From Fibrobacterales bacterium (GTDB lineage: Bacteria; Fibrobacterota; Fibrobacteria; Fibrobacterales; JAOPTW01), in assembly GCA_051532055.1 (NCBI GenBank), contig JAOPTX010000010.1, positions 32,001 through 96,000 on the forward strand: a stretch of 64,000 nucleotides of DNA, in the 5' to 3' direction. Shown in pieces: positions 19,502 through 29,637 of the stretch. A model generated the notes under the pieces. That model ran no database searches and was not told the origin of the DNA. It worked only from the letters and a program-made list of their open reading frames with translations. The position numbers were made by a program, and so were the translations under genes. Numbering within the stretch: position 1 is the first letter of the stretch; each line of letters opens with the position of its first letter.

Positions 19502-21133
19502 ATGGAACTCTTTCCCATGTTTGAAGAACACTTATCAGTTGAAATACGGGACGATGGTACCTATTTCACTCTTGAACGTGGATCCCAAGGTTTAATAAAA
19601 ATTGATGACTTTAGGCGTGAGTTACTGAATGCTAACATAATGAACTTTGATCTTAAGCGAATAAAAACAGTTCTTGAATCACCATCTACTGGCAAAAGTG
19701 AATTTATAGGTCCTCCATTTAAATTTTTTAATGAAGAAAAGCAAACCGTATTAGAAGTCAAGGTCAGCCCTATTGAAGTACAGCTTTATTTGTCATCAGA
19801 CGTTGAGAGCCGTTCATTTGATATCACTACACAAGACATAGAATATGTACTCACAAAGAAAAATATTAAGTTTGGCATTGACTGGGACCTCGTTGCAAAA
19901 ATGGTTAAGCGCGGTGAGAAGGATGCGTGGATCACTATTGCTCATGCGCTTCCGACAGAAGACGGTGATCATGGTTATGTTAAAGAAGAGATAGAGGTTG
20001 ATAAAGAAGCTAAACCTCTGATTATTGACGGGGGCCAAGCGGACTTTAGAAATGTGGGTGAGATAAAACAGGTTAAGAAAGGCGAACTTATTGCGGTACG
20101 TATTCCGCCGACTCCTGGTAAAGAAGGGAAGGATGTATTTGGTGAAATACTAGAGCCGACACCTGGCAAAGAGGCTGTGATGCTTGCCGGGGTCAATACC
20201 GTTTTGTCAGAGGATGGTAACGAGCTTAAAGCTAAAGACCCTGGCTATCTCTATCGGGACAAGGGGGCTATATGTGTAGGTCTCTTATACATTGTACAAG
20301 GTGATGTTGATTTTGAATCAGGGAATATTCAGTACGAAGGTGATGTACAGATAATGGGAAGTGTTCTCCCCGACTTTAAAGTAGTGGCTACTGGTGAAAT
20401 AATTGTTGAAGGGCAAGTAGACTCCGCATATCTCGAATCCTCTGGAGGGAGTATTACTATTAACCAAGGGGTTTTTGGCAAAGAGAAAGGAGAGATTAAA
20501 GCAAAAAAAGATGTGAGTCTCTACTTGATTCAAGATACTACGGTGAGGGCAGGCGGAAAGGTTTCGGTAAAAAAATCTATGACAAACTGCATTGTAACTG
20601 CCCGACAGTTTGATGCCACTGAAACTAATTGTCAAGTAAATGCCTCGACTTTAAAACTGGAAGAAACCTGTGAAATTTATCAGTGTGGGAGCAAACAAGA
20701 GACGGTTACAAAAATTATATTCGAAGATAAATCATCGGAGTCCCTTAAAAAGAGAATGGCAGATTGTGATACATTGAGTCAAAAAATGGATGAAATTTTA
20801 GAGACTAAAGAAAAAAGACTTCGATCATTACGATTAAAAATTAAGAAAAATAAAGATCAGAATGATGTGGATATACTTAAGAGTGGTATTGAAGAATACA
20901 CAATAATACTTAGAAAAAAAGAGCTATTGATGAGTGAAAGTGGTCGTTTAACTTCTGAGTTTATGTCAGCTAAAAATGTAAATGCACTCCTAACCTTTCA
21001 GGTTCTCTACCCCGAGCTTCAAGTAGAGTTAGGGGGACGATATAACGTGTTCAATAACGCACTTAAGAAGATTGAAATTAAAATTGATGGTGATAAAATT
21101 GTAACGGTTCCCCTTGTGGATAAGAAGAAATAA
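19502..21133 (+). CDS. FapA/DUF342 family protein (flagellar assembly protein A-like)
   Basis: DFRNVG...VKKGELIA..IPPTPGKEGKDVFG and GDVDFESGNIQYEGDVQIMGSV beta-helix region, plus a coiled coil. Confidence 0.85.
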   Translation: MELFPMFEEHLSVEIRDDGTYFTLERGSQGLIKIDDFRRELLNANIMNFDLKRIKTVLESPSTGKSEFIGPPFKFFNEEKQTVLEVKVSPIEVQLYLSSDVESRSFDITTQDIEYVLTKKNIKFGIDWDLVAKMVKRGEKDAWITIAHALPTEDGDHGYVKEEIEVDKEAKPLIIDGGQADFRNVGEIKQVKKGELIAVRIPPTPGKEGKDVFGEILEPTPGKEAVMLAGVNTVLSEDGNELKAKDPGYLYRDKGAICVGLLYIVQGDVDFESGNIQYEGDVQIMGSVLPDFKVVATGEIIVEGQVDSAYLESSGGSITINQGVFGKEKGEIKAKKDVSLYLIQDTTVRAGGKVSVKKSMTNCIVTARQFDATETNCQVNASTLKLEETCEIYQCGSKQETVTKIIFEDKSSESLKKRMADCDTLSQKMDEILETKEKRLRSLRLKIKKNKDQNDVDILKSGIEEYTIILRKKELLMSESGRLTSEFMSAKNVNALLTFQVLYPELQVELGGRYNVFNNALKKIEIKIDGDKIVTVPLVDKKK

Positions 21134-21134
21134 T

Positions 21135-21773
21135 ATGGATGTACTGGGCTATAGTAATAAAGAAAAGTATCACTGTTTTACTCCAGAAGAGCTTCGAGAA
21201 TCAATAATCGATGAGATCTATCTGTTTGTTGAAAAAAAGATGATGCAAGAACAGAAAGATGTAGTATTCGATCTTCAGCATATAGAATCAATTTTTAGCC
21301 AGCACCTCACGATGTTTCTAAAGTTATTCAAATTGCTCGACAGTTTCGATTTACAGTTTGTCTTAGTGGGAATGACACCGGCGGTGTTGAATGTTATTCA
21401 AATGACTCAACTCGATGGATACTTACGGCTTTGTATGAATTGCGAAGAGTACGAAGGACTTGCCCAGAATGATCGTAATAAGGGTGGTGTTTCGTTTAGT
21501 TGTCGGGTCAGCGAAAATAGTATTGGTGAACAGATAATGAATCTTGATGGATTTGTTTCACGAACTGAACAGTTTAATCACTGCCTTAAGAAGTTAAAGC
21601 CTGGTAAGGTCGTACTCGATTTTGAACATGTTGGTTTTATTGATGCAGAGTCACTCATTGCAATATCTGCCATGCGAAATGAGCATGATATTTATATAAA
21701 AAACCCAAGCAAGGCAATTATTGAGCTCTTAGAAGAGAAAGATATCCTTGATCATTTTCTTATTGAAGAGTAA
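21135..21773 (+). CDS. Tandem STAS-domain protein (anti-sigma antagonist-like)
   Basis: DVVFDLQHIESIFS...VLNVIQMTQLD and KVVLDFEHVGFIDAESL...NPSKAIIELLE. Confidence 0.6.
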   Translation: MDVLGYSNKEKYHCFTPEELRESIIDEIYLFVEKKMMQEQKDVVFDLQHIESIFSQHLTMFLKLFKLLDSFDLQFVLVGMTPAVLNVIQMTQLDGYLRLCMNCEEYEGLAQNDRNKGGVSFSCRVSENSIGEQIMNLDGFVSRTEQFNHCLKKLKPGKVVLDFEHVGFIDAESLIAISAMRNEHDIYIKNPSKAIIELLEEKDILDHFLIEE

Positions 21774-21780
21774 GTTGTTT

Positions 21781-23310
21781 TTAAAATAGAATGGCCATAG
21801 TTACATTCTGCTTTTTATTAAATATTTCTGAGTTCTCATAACCATAGTCATAACTGTAGTCTATCTTAACTGTAAAGCGTCCTTGTTTATGCTGCAGTCC
21901 AAAACCAAGTCCCCATTTTCTAAACCCTTCCTGATCTAATATTTGAGTCATTCCTGAGCGAAGCCATAAAATACCCAGTATTTGTTTTTCAAGCCCCAAA
22001 GAGAGGTGATCTTTTTGGTCAGCATAGAGTCCTTTTTGGATACTCAACCCCAGATTGAGCGCATAATCACTTTCGAAATGCCCACCTAAAGTAAAGAGTG
22101 GAGGGAGGTCTTCACTATATTCAGAATCGGTCAGGGTATTTGTGTAGTAGATTGCACTATGAAGGTCTTTGAGTTGTGCGCCAAAGTGAAAATTATTAAG
22201 GAGACTCCATTGAATGCCCAAATCTATACCATACCCTAATCCACGTCCGGTGCTTTTCTCTATGCCTACACCATCATTGCCGGTGGTTACAAAGTAGCCT
22301 TTAAAGGTGATGCCTGCGCGTACGGCTGTTAAGTATTTTGAGTAGAGTGAGAGATCAGTAGCATAGGATGAGAGAAATTGAAATTCCTTAACAAGGTCAT
22401 CTCCTTCTACGGTGATTGCCTGACTATGAAAGAGGTTTCGGATGAGCATAGAAGAGTAGCTCATATAGAGCTGTGAAACATTGCCAGGGAGAGTTGCGTG
22501 TGAGAGTGTGACACTTGTATGGGTGAGGTGTACGAGTCCAGCAGGATTAATGAGAGGTGCAAATCCATCATTAACCATTGAGACCCCTATGGAACCCATC
22601 GCTTTGTAACGAGCACCTGAGGGGGCTGATGCATAAAAGCCACGCAGCCCTGATAGCCCTCGATTATTAGGGGTTAAGGGTGTGCTCAACTCTGTTGTAT
22701 TTTCATCCTTAGAATCAAAGAGGTGGTTGTCATAGAGTATATAACTTGCTACAGCGGTGAGTGATGCGAGAGCAACACCCCAACTCGTATAGCTGCTGTG
22801 TTTAGAGTCAAAATCACTCGGTTTGTTCTTGCCCGTGAGTGGAGTATGGAATCCGGTGAGCTCTTCTGCGACAGCTTTGCTGAGAGTTACAATATCCTCT
22901 TTGTGAAATGCTTTTATAGATTTTGACGCGGTAGCAATATTTTCTAATGAGTGTATGTCATAGAGACTGACCTCTAAGTAATATACGCCATCCTTTTTTG
23001 AAAAATAAGAACCGAGTGCTAGATCAATGGCGAGCTTTCTTCCTGTGAGGTAAAAGCAGAGACTTGACAGGCACTTTGTTGAACTTTCTTCGCCTAATAT
23101 TTTAAGTCTATTTTCTGTTTCATCTATCGAGAGCACTGAAAAGTAACCTGATTGCGCAAATGCCATATGAAGGGATTTATGCAAAATGTCAAGTTCCAGT
23201 AATGTCGTATTATGCTCTACGGGTGTGTAAATTGCAAGAGAGGGTGGTAACGATTTTGAAAAGGTCAGTACACCGCACAGAATAATTGATATAAGAATTG
23301 ATCGTATCAT
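21781..23310 (-). CDS. Fusion of CsgG/TolB-N/DUF2380-like N-domain and PorV/FadL-like outer-membrane beta-barrel
   Basis: Signal peptide. N-domain has CLSSLC and YYLEVSLYDI. Hatch motif GARYKAMG...NPAGL, then GYGIDLG, LWLRSG, GLGFGL, IDYSY and terminal F. Confidence 0.65.
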   Translation of the reverse strand: MIRSILISIILCGVLTFSKSLPPSLAIYTPVEHNTTLLELDILHKSLHMAFAQSGYFSVLSIDETENRLKILGEESSTKCLSSLCFYLTGRKLAIDLALGSYFSKKDGVYYLEVSLYDIHSLENIATASKSIKAFHKEDIVTLSKAVAEELTGFHTPLTGKNKPSDFDSKHSSYTSWGVALASLTAVASYILYDNHLFDSKDENTTELSTPLTPNNRGLSGLRGFYASAPSGARYKAMGSIGVSMVNDGFAPLINPAGLVHLTHTSVTLSHATLPGNVSQLYMSYSSMLIRNLFHSQAITVEGDDLVKEFQFLSSYATDLSLYSKYLTAVRAGITFKGYFVTTGNDGVGIEKSTGRGLGYGIDLGIQWSLLNNFHFGAQLKDLHSAIYYTNTLTDSEYSEDLPPLFTLGGHFESDYALNLGLSIQKGLYADQKDHLSLGLEKQILGILWLRSGMTQILDQEGFRKWGLGFGLQHKQGRFTVKIDYSYDYGYENSEIFNKKQNVTMAILF

Positions 23311-26300
23311 TTAAAAAGCACCACTGGTTTAAGAACATCCTGGATATGTGACTGGGAATTAAATGAGCAGGAGGTAAAACGAAGCAAATATCGTCCATTG
23401 CGGGCCATCCTTTTTGAGTCGGTGGTCCCATCCCAATAGATACTTTGTAAGTCGGTTGAAAAGAGTTCGTTTTGTATAAGGGTACGCACGACTTCGCCAT
23501 TCATATTGTAGAGAGTGAGCGTTACTTCAAGTTCAGAATAATCAGTATGAAATGGATAAAAATCGATACGTGTTCCTGGGTAACTATTACCGTCTTGTTC
23601 AGCGGTGACAGATGGTGAAAAGGGGTTAGGTGTTATGGTAAGCTCAGAGAGTGAAGGGTCACGTGAAGCATTTGCGAGTCCATAATGTCCTTTTCTATCT
23701 GTCTCAATAGTAAATGAAATAAGGGAGTCAGTGAATATACTATAGCCGAGTGAGGCCGGTATTTTTGTAGCCAGGGATGTCTGAGGAGTATTGTCTGGTT
23801 GGGTAAAAGGGGTCCATGTATTACTCGAGTCATCATAAAAGAGAGCGGGGTGGCTTGTGGCTCTATCTATTTCTGGGATAGAAAAGACCAGTGTTGGTAA
23901 GGCATAAGGCGTTTGCCCATAGGGGTAATCAAGAGCATAAAAATCACTGTAGAGTGTCGTTGTTGGTGATCGTAATGAGAGGTGTTGTTGGGCCCTTTTT
24001 TTCAGGTGAACCGTACCAGCTCTGTGTAAAAAGAGTGAGTCAGGAAGGGTCAAGGTTAGCAGGGAATCGTGGAAGAGGGTGTCGGCATTATTGAGAGGTG
24101 AGACAACCTGCCCAACTGAGAGAGTGAGAGTGTCAGATACTGAAGAAAGATTTGCGATGATTGAAAGTGGTCCGATAAAGTTGCTGTCTATATATATCTG
24201 CGAGCCTATTAGGGTAGCAGCCTGGTGAGGAAACAAGGTGATGGGGGGTGTTATATGCATAGGTGCAGTTGAAGAGGAATCATGGCCGAGATAGATGAGT
24301 GAGAGAGTATCACCTCCTAAGGTGGAGGTCAAATAGTGCGGAGGGAATAGTACAGTCAGTGAATCAATGGTACTTTCCATAAGGCTAATAATAAAGGTGT
24401 GGACTGTGCTTTTACTTCCAGAAGAGACTGTTGCTGTTACTCGAATATCGCCGGGGAGTCTACCAGTGTTGAATGATATTTGAGCAGGAGTGAGAGGGAC
24501 AAGGGTTTTAGTGGGGTCAGATATATTCCAGCTTATAGTATAAGGAGATTGTGGAGTATTGAGTAGTGGAGTAATGTCATGTCCACTACTGGTTGAAGCA
24601 GTGAGAGATAGGGTTAGGTTTTGTTGGGTTGCAGTAGTGAATACTTGCTTTGTGGACGAATTCACTAAAAGAGAATCCGTTGGAGCATTACTGAATTGAG
24701 TAATATATCGATGGCCCGGGTGAGTATTTGAGTAACAGGTTCCATTTACGTAGATTTTAAATGAGTAGGCCGATAGGGCAACTTGTCTGGGCATTCCAAA
24801 GAGTATTGATGTTTGCGCTGGTGTGACTACTTGCTGAATGATGGTGTCGGTAATGGTGCCAAGCGGGGTTTCGTAATAGACATATCCCGAATCAATGCTA
24901 TCGCTACTGGTTACGGTAAGAGTATAGGTTTCGGGGTAGGGAGAATTATACAGAGGAGCAGGGTTGTGTGCGACATTAAAAGGGAGTGATATGGTGTCCC
25001 CAGAGTTAACTGAGGTTATTACATGGCTAATCGGAAGTAAGGTGTCGTTTGGTACACTTGCTGAAAAATTATATATACCATCGGGGAGGTTATAGGTGCT
25101 GTCGGTACGGAGTATTCGTGAAAGAGGAAGGGTGAGGTCTATAGTGGCACTAAGAGGACTAGACGTACTCAGTTTTGATGTTGCAATAAAGGTGCTGACC
25201 TCTGAATGAGGGGTCAGTACTATTGATGGAGCAGAATAGAGATTACGAGGAGCAATAATGTTTTCGAGATCTGTCACAATAATAGGGATTGTTTGAGAAT
25301 AGCCTGGAGCATTTACAGATACTTGATAGACGCCCCGAGGAATATTGTAGGCATGGTAAACAAAAGCAGTATCATTCCGTGAGAGTCTTGTAGGGTAGGA
25401 TGTAAGGGTGGTGGTGTCGATGAGTGAAACGGTGCAGTGAGAAGCGAGAGGCATGGAGCTATCACTGAGAGTGAAAGAACCTACAATTGTTGCTTGTAAA
25501 TAAGGAGTAAGTGTGGTTTTTTCAACTTTGCGCGGGGCATCAAAAATAAGTGGTTCTGATAGGGCTGCTATGTCGTATTCTAAAACTCTTGTTCCTGCTA
25601 TAAAAGTATCGGGTATCGAAGCATTACCTCCGTAAGGGACTGAAATAGAAAAATAACCGTACTGATCTGTGGTAGTCCAGAGGGTGTCGATGGTAGGGTC
25701 GGGGGTTACAATCCAGACTTGTTGATCAGGGACTATTTGGTAGGTCGTTGAATCGCGGGTTATATCGCTACGGAGTCGAATGGTGCCAGAAATAGTATTA
25801 AAAATTGAAGAGAGCGTGTGGTCTATAAAAGTGGGGGCAAAGAGGTAATGGTCACTGCGGACGGTTGTAAATCCTTGTTTCGTGACTTGCACTGTATATC
25901 TCCCTGGAGGTAATTGTAACTGATAGATTCCTGATTGCCCTGTTTGAGTTTCGGTAATAAACTGGTGATGGTGAAAAATTGTTACGTGTGCATTCACTAA
26001 GGGGGTTCCCATTTGGTCTATTGCAGTTCCGGTCATGGAGTGAGTAGTCTGAGGCATGGTGATGTCTGCAAGGGTCGTTACAGAGTCACTTTGGATATTT
26101 ATTCGTTGGCTTATTATTTCATACTGTTTGGTTTTTGTTGAGGATAATGTGTATTCTCCTTCGGTAACTGTTGTATAGAACCGTCCGAGATTATCTGTAG
26201 ACATTGTGAGAGTATAGTCTGAGTTGAAGCGTTTGAGAGTCAGGTTAATTTGAGGAATAGGAAGGCCATTGCGATTGATCACCCTTCCGGTAAGTAATTG

Positions 26301-27614
26301 CGTGGTGGCAGTGAGTGTTACTTGAATGAGTTTCGTGGTTGTTCCAATTAAGGTTTCAGTGTTATATTTTTCAAATCCTGTTTTTTCAATAGTGATGCGA
26401 TAAGGGCCTTGTTCAAGCATTACCTCAACATATCCTGCCTGAGTAAGAGGTGCGAGATGCGAGCCGGTTTTAATGATTGTAGTTGGACGATTTTTTAGTG
26501 ATGAGAGGGTAATGGTTGCGTTGTCAATATACCGAGTTTGTCCGTTGTCATTGGCTTGTATCAAAAATTGTACAATGGAGGTGTGAGCGCCAAAGAGTGA
26601 GTCTGGAGGTATAGTAAAGAGGGCTGTATCAGCACCAATGATCGTTCCATTGCTGCTTAAGGTATTGAGGAGTAATTGGAAGGTACCTGCTGTTACTATA
26701 GAGTTGAGAGGTAGCGAGAGGTAATTTTCCGTTGTTGCACGAGTCAGTATTTTTTTACGAGTGTTAATCCCTTGTTCGATCTTTTCTTCAAGAAGTGTGA
26801 GTTGATATGAGTTATTGTTTGTAGAGTCGCTCTCCCATTGAATAGAGGTGAGTTCAAGAGGAAGTGTATCGAGCAGATTAATAAAATGAGCGATGAAGCT
26901 ACTATCATGTTGAGGAGGGGCGCTTTGAGTAAAGGTAATAAGGGATGCCTCATTGAAGTCTGTAAGGATGGGTGAGTGTACATCGTAATTGGGGACGAGT
27001 ATGAGAGTGTATTGTTGGGAGGGTAGGAGTGTTGGAAACTGCTCATTTTGAGGCGTAAAGGTAAAATGGTTATTGGTAGTGATCGTTTGCCATATTATAG
27101 AGGCGTTGTCAATAAAATAGGTGAGGTCATTGGAGTTGACAATTGGGGATGAAGAGAGAATGAGGTGAAATGCTGGAATGCCATCTCTTTCCCAAGTAAG
27201 TGTTGGGCTTGTAGAGAGGTCATAGGATGAAGGTGGATTAATCTTAATAGATTGTGGGGAGGGGTAGAGGGTAGGCATTTCCATAGAGTATTCACTTTCG
27301 AGTGCATTGGTTACCCGGACATAGTATGTACCAAAAGAGAGGTGATTAGGATAAGAGAATAGAATTGAGGTTGTTGAATCACTGTTGTTCTGTATCGTGA
27401 GGTCTGTTATGGGGATATGAAAATTGGTTATTGTAGGGTGGCTTATCGGTGATATAAATAGACGTATATCACTGGATGGCAAAGCGGGAATTGCAGAAAA
27501 TGAGAGTGTCGCTTGACGTGTGAGTCTATTGTACTCTGGTTGTTTGGTAATGGTAATTGCAGAGTAGAGTAGTGTGGGAAGTAATAAAAAAAGCAGTATT
27601 TTTTTAGAAAACAT
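23307..27614 (-). CDS. 1435-aa exported Ig/carboxypeptidase-regulatory-like repeat protein with C-terminal FlgD-Ig (CTD-like) domain
   Basis: Signal peptide. Repeats LTGRVINRNGLPI...TDNLGRF...GEYTL and MTGTAIDQMGTPL...PPGRYTVQVTKQGF. C-terminus ITPNPFSP...LYNMNGEVVRTL...YWDGT...NGRYLL. Confidence 0.75.
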   Translation of the reverse strand: MFSKKILLFLLLPTLLYSAITITKQPEYNRLTRQATLSFSAIPALPSSDIRLFISPISHPTITNFHIPITDLTIQNNSDSTTSILFSYPNHLSFGTYYVRVTNALESEYSMEMPTLYPSPQSIKINPPSSYDLSTSPTLTWERDGIPAFHLILSSSPIVNSNDLTYFIDNASIIWQTITTNNHFTFTPQNEQFPTLLPSQQYTLILVPNYDVHSPILTDFNEASLITFTQSAPPQHDSSFIAHFINLLDTLPLELTSIQWESDSTNNNSYQLTLLEEKIEQGINTRKKILTRATTENYLSLPLNSIVTAGTFQLLLNTLSSNGTIIGADTALFTIPPDSLFGAHTSIVQFLIQANDNGQTRYIDNATITLSSLKNRPTTIIKTGSHLAPLTQAGYVEVMLEQGPYRITIEKTGFEKYNTETLIGTTTKLIQVTLTATTQLLTGRVINRNGLPIPQINLTLKRFNSDYTLTMSTDNLGRFYTTVTEGEYTLSSTKTKQYEIISQRINIQSDSVTTLADITMPQTTHSMTGTAIDQMGTPLVNAHVTIFHHHQFITETQTGQSGIYQLQLPPGRYTVQVTKQGFTTVRSDHYLFAPTFIDHTLSSIFNTISGTIRLRSDITRDSTTYQIVPDQQVWIVTPDPTIDTLWTTTDQYGYFSISVPYGGNASIPDTFIAGTRVLEYDIAALSEPLIFDAPRKVEKTTLTPYLQATIVGSFTLSDSSMPLASHCTVSLIDTTTLTSYPTRLSRNDTAFVYHAYNIPRGVYQVSVNAPGYSQTIPIIVTDLENIIAPRNLYSAPSIVLTPHSEVSTFIATSKLSTSSPLSATIDLTLPLSRILRTDSTYNLPDGIYNFSASVPNDTLLPISHVITSVNSGDTISLPFNVAHNPAPLYNSPYPETYTLTVTSSDSIDSGYVYYETPLGTITDTIIQQVVTPAQTSILFGMPRQVALSAYSFKIYVNGTCYSNTHPGHRYITQFSNAPTDSLLVNSSTKQVFTTATQQNLTLSLTASTSSGHDITPLLNTPQSPYTISWNISDPTKTLVPLTPAQISFNTGRLPGDIRVTATVSSGSKSTVHTFIISLMESTIDSLTVLFPPHYLTSTLGGDTLSLIYLGHDSSSTAPMHITPPITLFPHQAATLIGSQIYIDSNFIGPLSIIANLSSVSDTLTLSVGQVVSPLNNADTLFHDSLLTLTLPDSLFLHRAGTVHLKKRAQQHLSLRSPTTTLYSDFYALDYPYGQTPYALPTLVFSIPEIDRATSHPALFYDDSSNTWTPFTQPDNTPQTSLATKIPASLGYSIFTDSLISFTIETDRKGHYGLANASRDPSLSELTITPNPFSPSVTAEQDGNSYPGTRIDFYPFHTDYSELEVTLTLYNMNGEVVRTLIQNELFSTDLQSIYWDGTTDSKRMARNGRYLLRFTSCSFNSQSHIQDVLKPVVLFK

Positions 27615-29001
27615 AGCGGGCTCCTAGTTTGAGAGAGACCATTGGGGCAACATGGAGTTGTAGTTCAAATTGTACAGTGGATCCAACAAGAAGTCCTCCA
27701 TAGAGGATGGGGACAAAGACAGCAGTTGTGACTTTGTCGAGGGGGTTCCCATCTTTATAGTAGTTAAAAATTTTTGACTGAGAATCCGAAAGGTTATTCA
27801 TTATAAGAAAACCCGTAGCTCCATAGCCGTATGTGAATGCTGCCTGAATCATGGTAAGGTGGTCCATATACCCTTTGAAGGTGAGGTACTTCCGTATGTC
27901 AGCAGGGGTAGCTTTATCTAAGGAATCTCGTTGTGCTTCAAGTGCAAACGAACCAAACGTTTTGGTGTAAGACATAAACAGGGTGCTATCAAGGACTTCC
28001 ACTTCAATCGTGTAAAAGTTGGGAGTCGAAAAGCTTAAGGGCGAGGCGGTTTGATACATGATGGAGTGTGTGGTACCTTGTGATGCTTGTGCGAGCCCTT
28101 TGTCTGATAAAAGGGAATCAACCAGGGTATCAGCGAGATTGAGAGTCAATGCATCTATTAAGTAGGGCGTTGTATGATTGATTGATGCACTTCCTGAGAG
28201 GGTCATTTCGGTAGCAAACTTTGCTTCGAGGCGGAGGGGGCCATATTTTAGACTAATCTCGGGAGACCACCCTGTACCTGAATATGAGCCACTGAAGGAT
28301 CCTTGGTATTGACTCTCTGAGTAATTGAGGTTATAGGTCATAGAACTCAGAGGCGTTGTTCTCATGAGGGTGCCTTCAAGTGCACCGATGTAATTACCGT
28401 TGGCCTGTATTCCAAACCAATGTCTATTAAGGGTAAAGCCCATTTGAGTATACTTACTTGACTGTAATATATATCCTAAGCGTAAGGTGTTCCAGTATTG
28501 ATCGAGAGAGAAATCAGATGAGTGAAAAGCATGAAGGTTGATCGTTCCCTTTGATGCAATGGTGGTGTCAATAGTGAGAGAAGCATTACTCATAAATGAT
28601 TCGAGTTGCAGTGTCGTATTTTCTCCAAAATCGAGAAAGGCGAGCCCATCAAGAAAAGGAACTCCAATTGAGATGGTTGTTGAAAAGAGCTCTTCCTGAT
28701 CTGGTTGAGTATTTGAAAGGTAGGCTGTTTGATTGGTAAACTCAGAATATGACGAAGGGGCTGGGGTCTCATTACTCAAGGGAATGGTGATCAGGAGTCG
28801 GGCTTCTGCTTTTTTTAAATTGTGGTGATACTGTGCTAATGTGTATTGCAAATTCCATCGGGTAACATTTTTTTCGTTGTTGGTTGCAAAGGTGGGCATT
28901 TGGGAATAAGAGAAGGAAGTACACAGTATGATCACGATAACCATGATGATTAATTGGTTACCATTTGTTCTCATTAAAAATTTCACGCTACTCCGCATCA
29001 C
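27604..29001 (-). CDS. Putative outer-membrane beta-barrel protein of unknown family (start may be 28973)
   Basis: Signal peptide, alternating amphipathic strands and a C-terminal barrel signature LKLGARYVF. Confidence 0.55.
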   Translation of the reverse strand: MMRSSVKFLMRTNGNQLIIMVIVIILCTSFSYSQMPTFATNNEKNVTRWNLQYTLAQYHHNLKKAEARLLITIPLSNETPAPSSYSEFTNQTAYLSNTQPDQEELFSTTISIGVPFLDGLAFLDFGENTTLQLESFMSNASLTIDTTIASKGTINLHAFHSSDFSLDQYWNTLRLGYILQSSKYTQMGFTLNRHWFGIQANGNYIGALEGTLMRTTPLSSMTYNLNYSESQYQGSFSGSYSGTGWSPEISLKYGPLRLEAKFATEMTLSGSASINHTTPYLIDALTLNLADTLVDSLLSDKGLAQASQGTTHSIMYQTASPLSFSTPNFYTIEVEVLDSTLFMSYTKTFGSFALEAQRDSLDKATPADIRKYLTFKGYMDHLTMIQAAFTYGYGATGFLIMNNLSDSQSKIFNYYKDGNPLDKVTTAVFVPILYGGLLVGSTVQFELQLHVAPMVSLKLGARYVF

Positions 29002-29015
29002 ATATTCCGATACAA

Positions 29016-29045
29016 ATAAAAATAGAAGAACTACTGTTCTTCTAT
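29016..29045 (-). terminator. Intrinsic terminator downstream of HU/IHF gene
   Basis: Perfect 10-bp stem ATAGAAGAAC-N4-GTTCTTCTAT (29022-29045), followed by a T-run on the minus strand. Confidence 0.65.
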
Positions 29046-29120
29046 CGGTAATAAATTTGAGTAACTTGATTATTTAGGGTGATTTAGAGCATTTTAAGGA
29101 AATTCAGCTCTTTTCGCCTG

Positions 29121-29447
29121 TTAGAGGCTTGAATGAATTCTCTCTTCTGTAGGGAGTTCAATAGTAGTGTTAATTTTTTCTTTTATGTCTGATGAAAACT
29201 TGAGCAGTGGTGCACGTGTTTTTTCGAGCTGTACGGGCTCTCCTGTTTTAGGATTTCGGGCTAATCGAGGTTTTCGATCCTTTGTATAGAATGTTCCAAA
29301 CCCTCGGAGTTCAATTTTTTTGTCCGCTTGGAGCTCTTTAGCGACAATTGTGAAAAATTCATCAACAACGCCCCTTATTTGAGTCTGGGTAAATCCAGTT
29401 GAACGTGCGATATCTAGTACAATGTCTCGTTTTGTTACGTTTGGCAA
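29121..29447 (-). CDS. HU/IHF family DNA-binding protein (TTG start)
   Basis: VTKRDIV...KIELRGFGTF...RLARNPKTGEPV...KFS. AGGAG RBS. Confidence 0.92.
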   Translation of the reverse strand: MPNVTKRDIVLDIARSTGFTQTQIRGVVDEFFTIVAKELQADKKIELRGFGTFYTKDRKPRLARNPKTGEPVQLEKTRAPLLKFSSDIKEKINTTIELPTEERIHSSL

Positions 29448-29637
29448 GTTTAGTACTCCTGGCTAAGTTACACCACTACATGTTGTGTACATTTTTAAAT
29501 ATATGTAACTTATTTCTAAAATCAAGGCATGGAGAATATTCTTTTTACAATTTCAATATATATTCATCTCAGCTGGCATGCCCTCTCTAAATTAATTATC
29601 TTTGGGCACTTACGGACAATCAGCCAACTCTATTATT

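Noticed and set aside
23307..27614. Strong G-rich plus strand and T/S/P/H-rich protein as a sign of horizontal transfer
   Set aside because: The same direction of skew appears in other minus-strand genes, consistent with replication strand bias acting on a weakly constrained protein.
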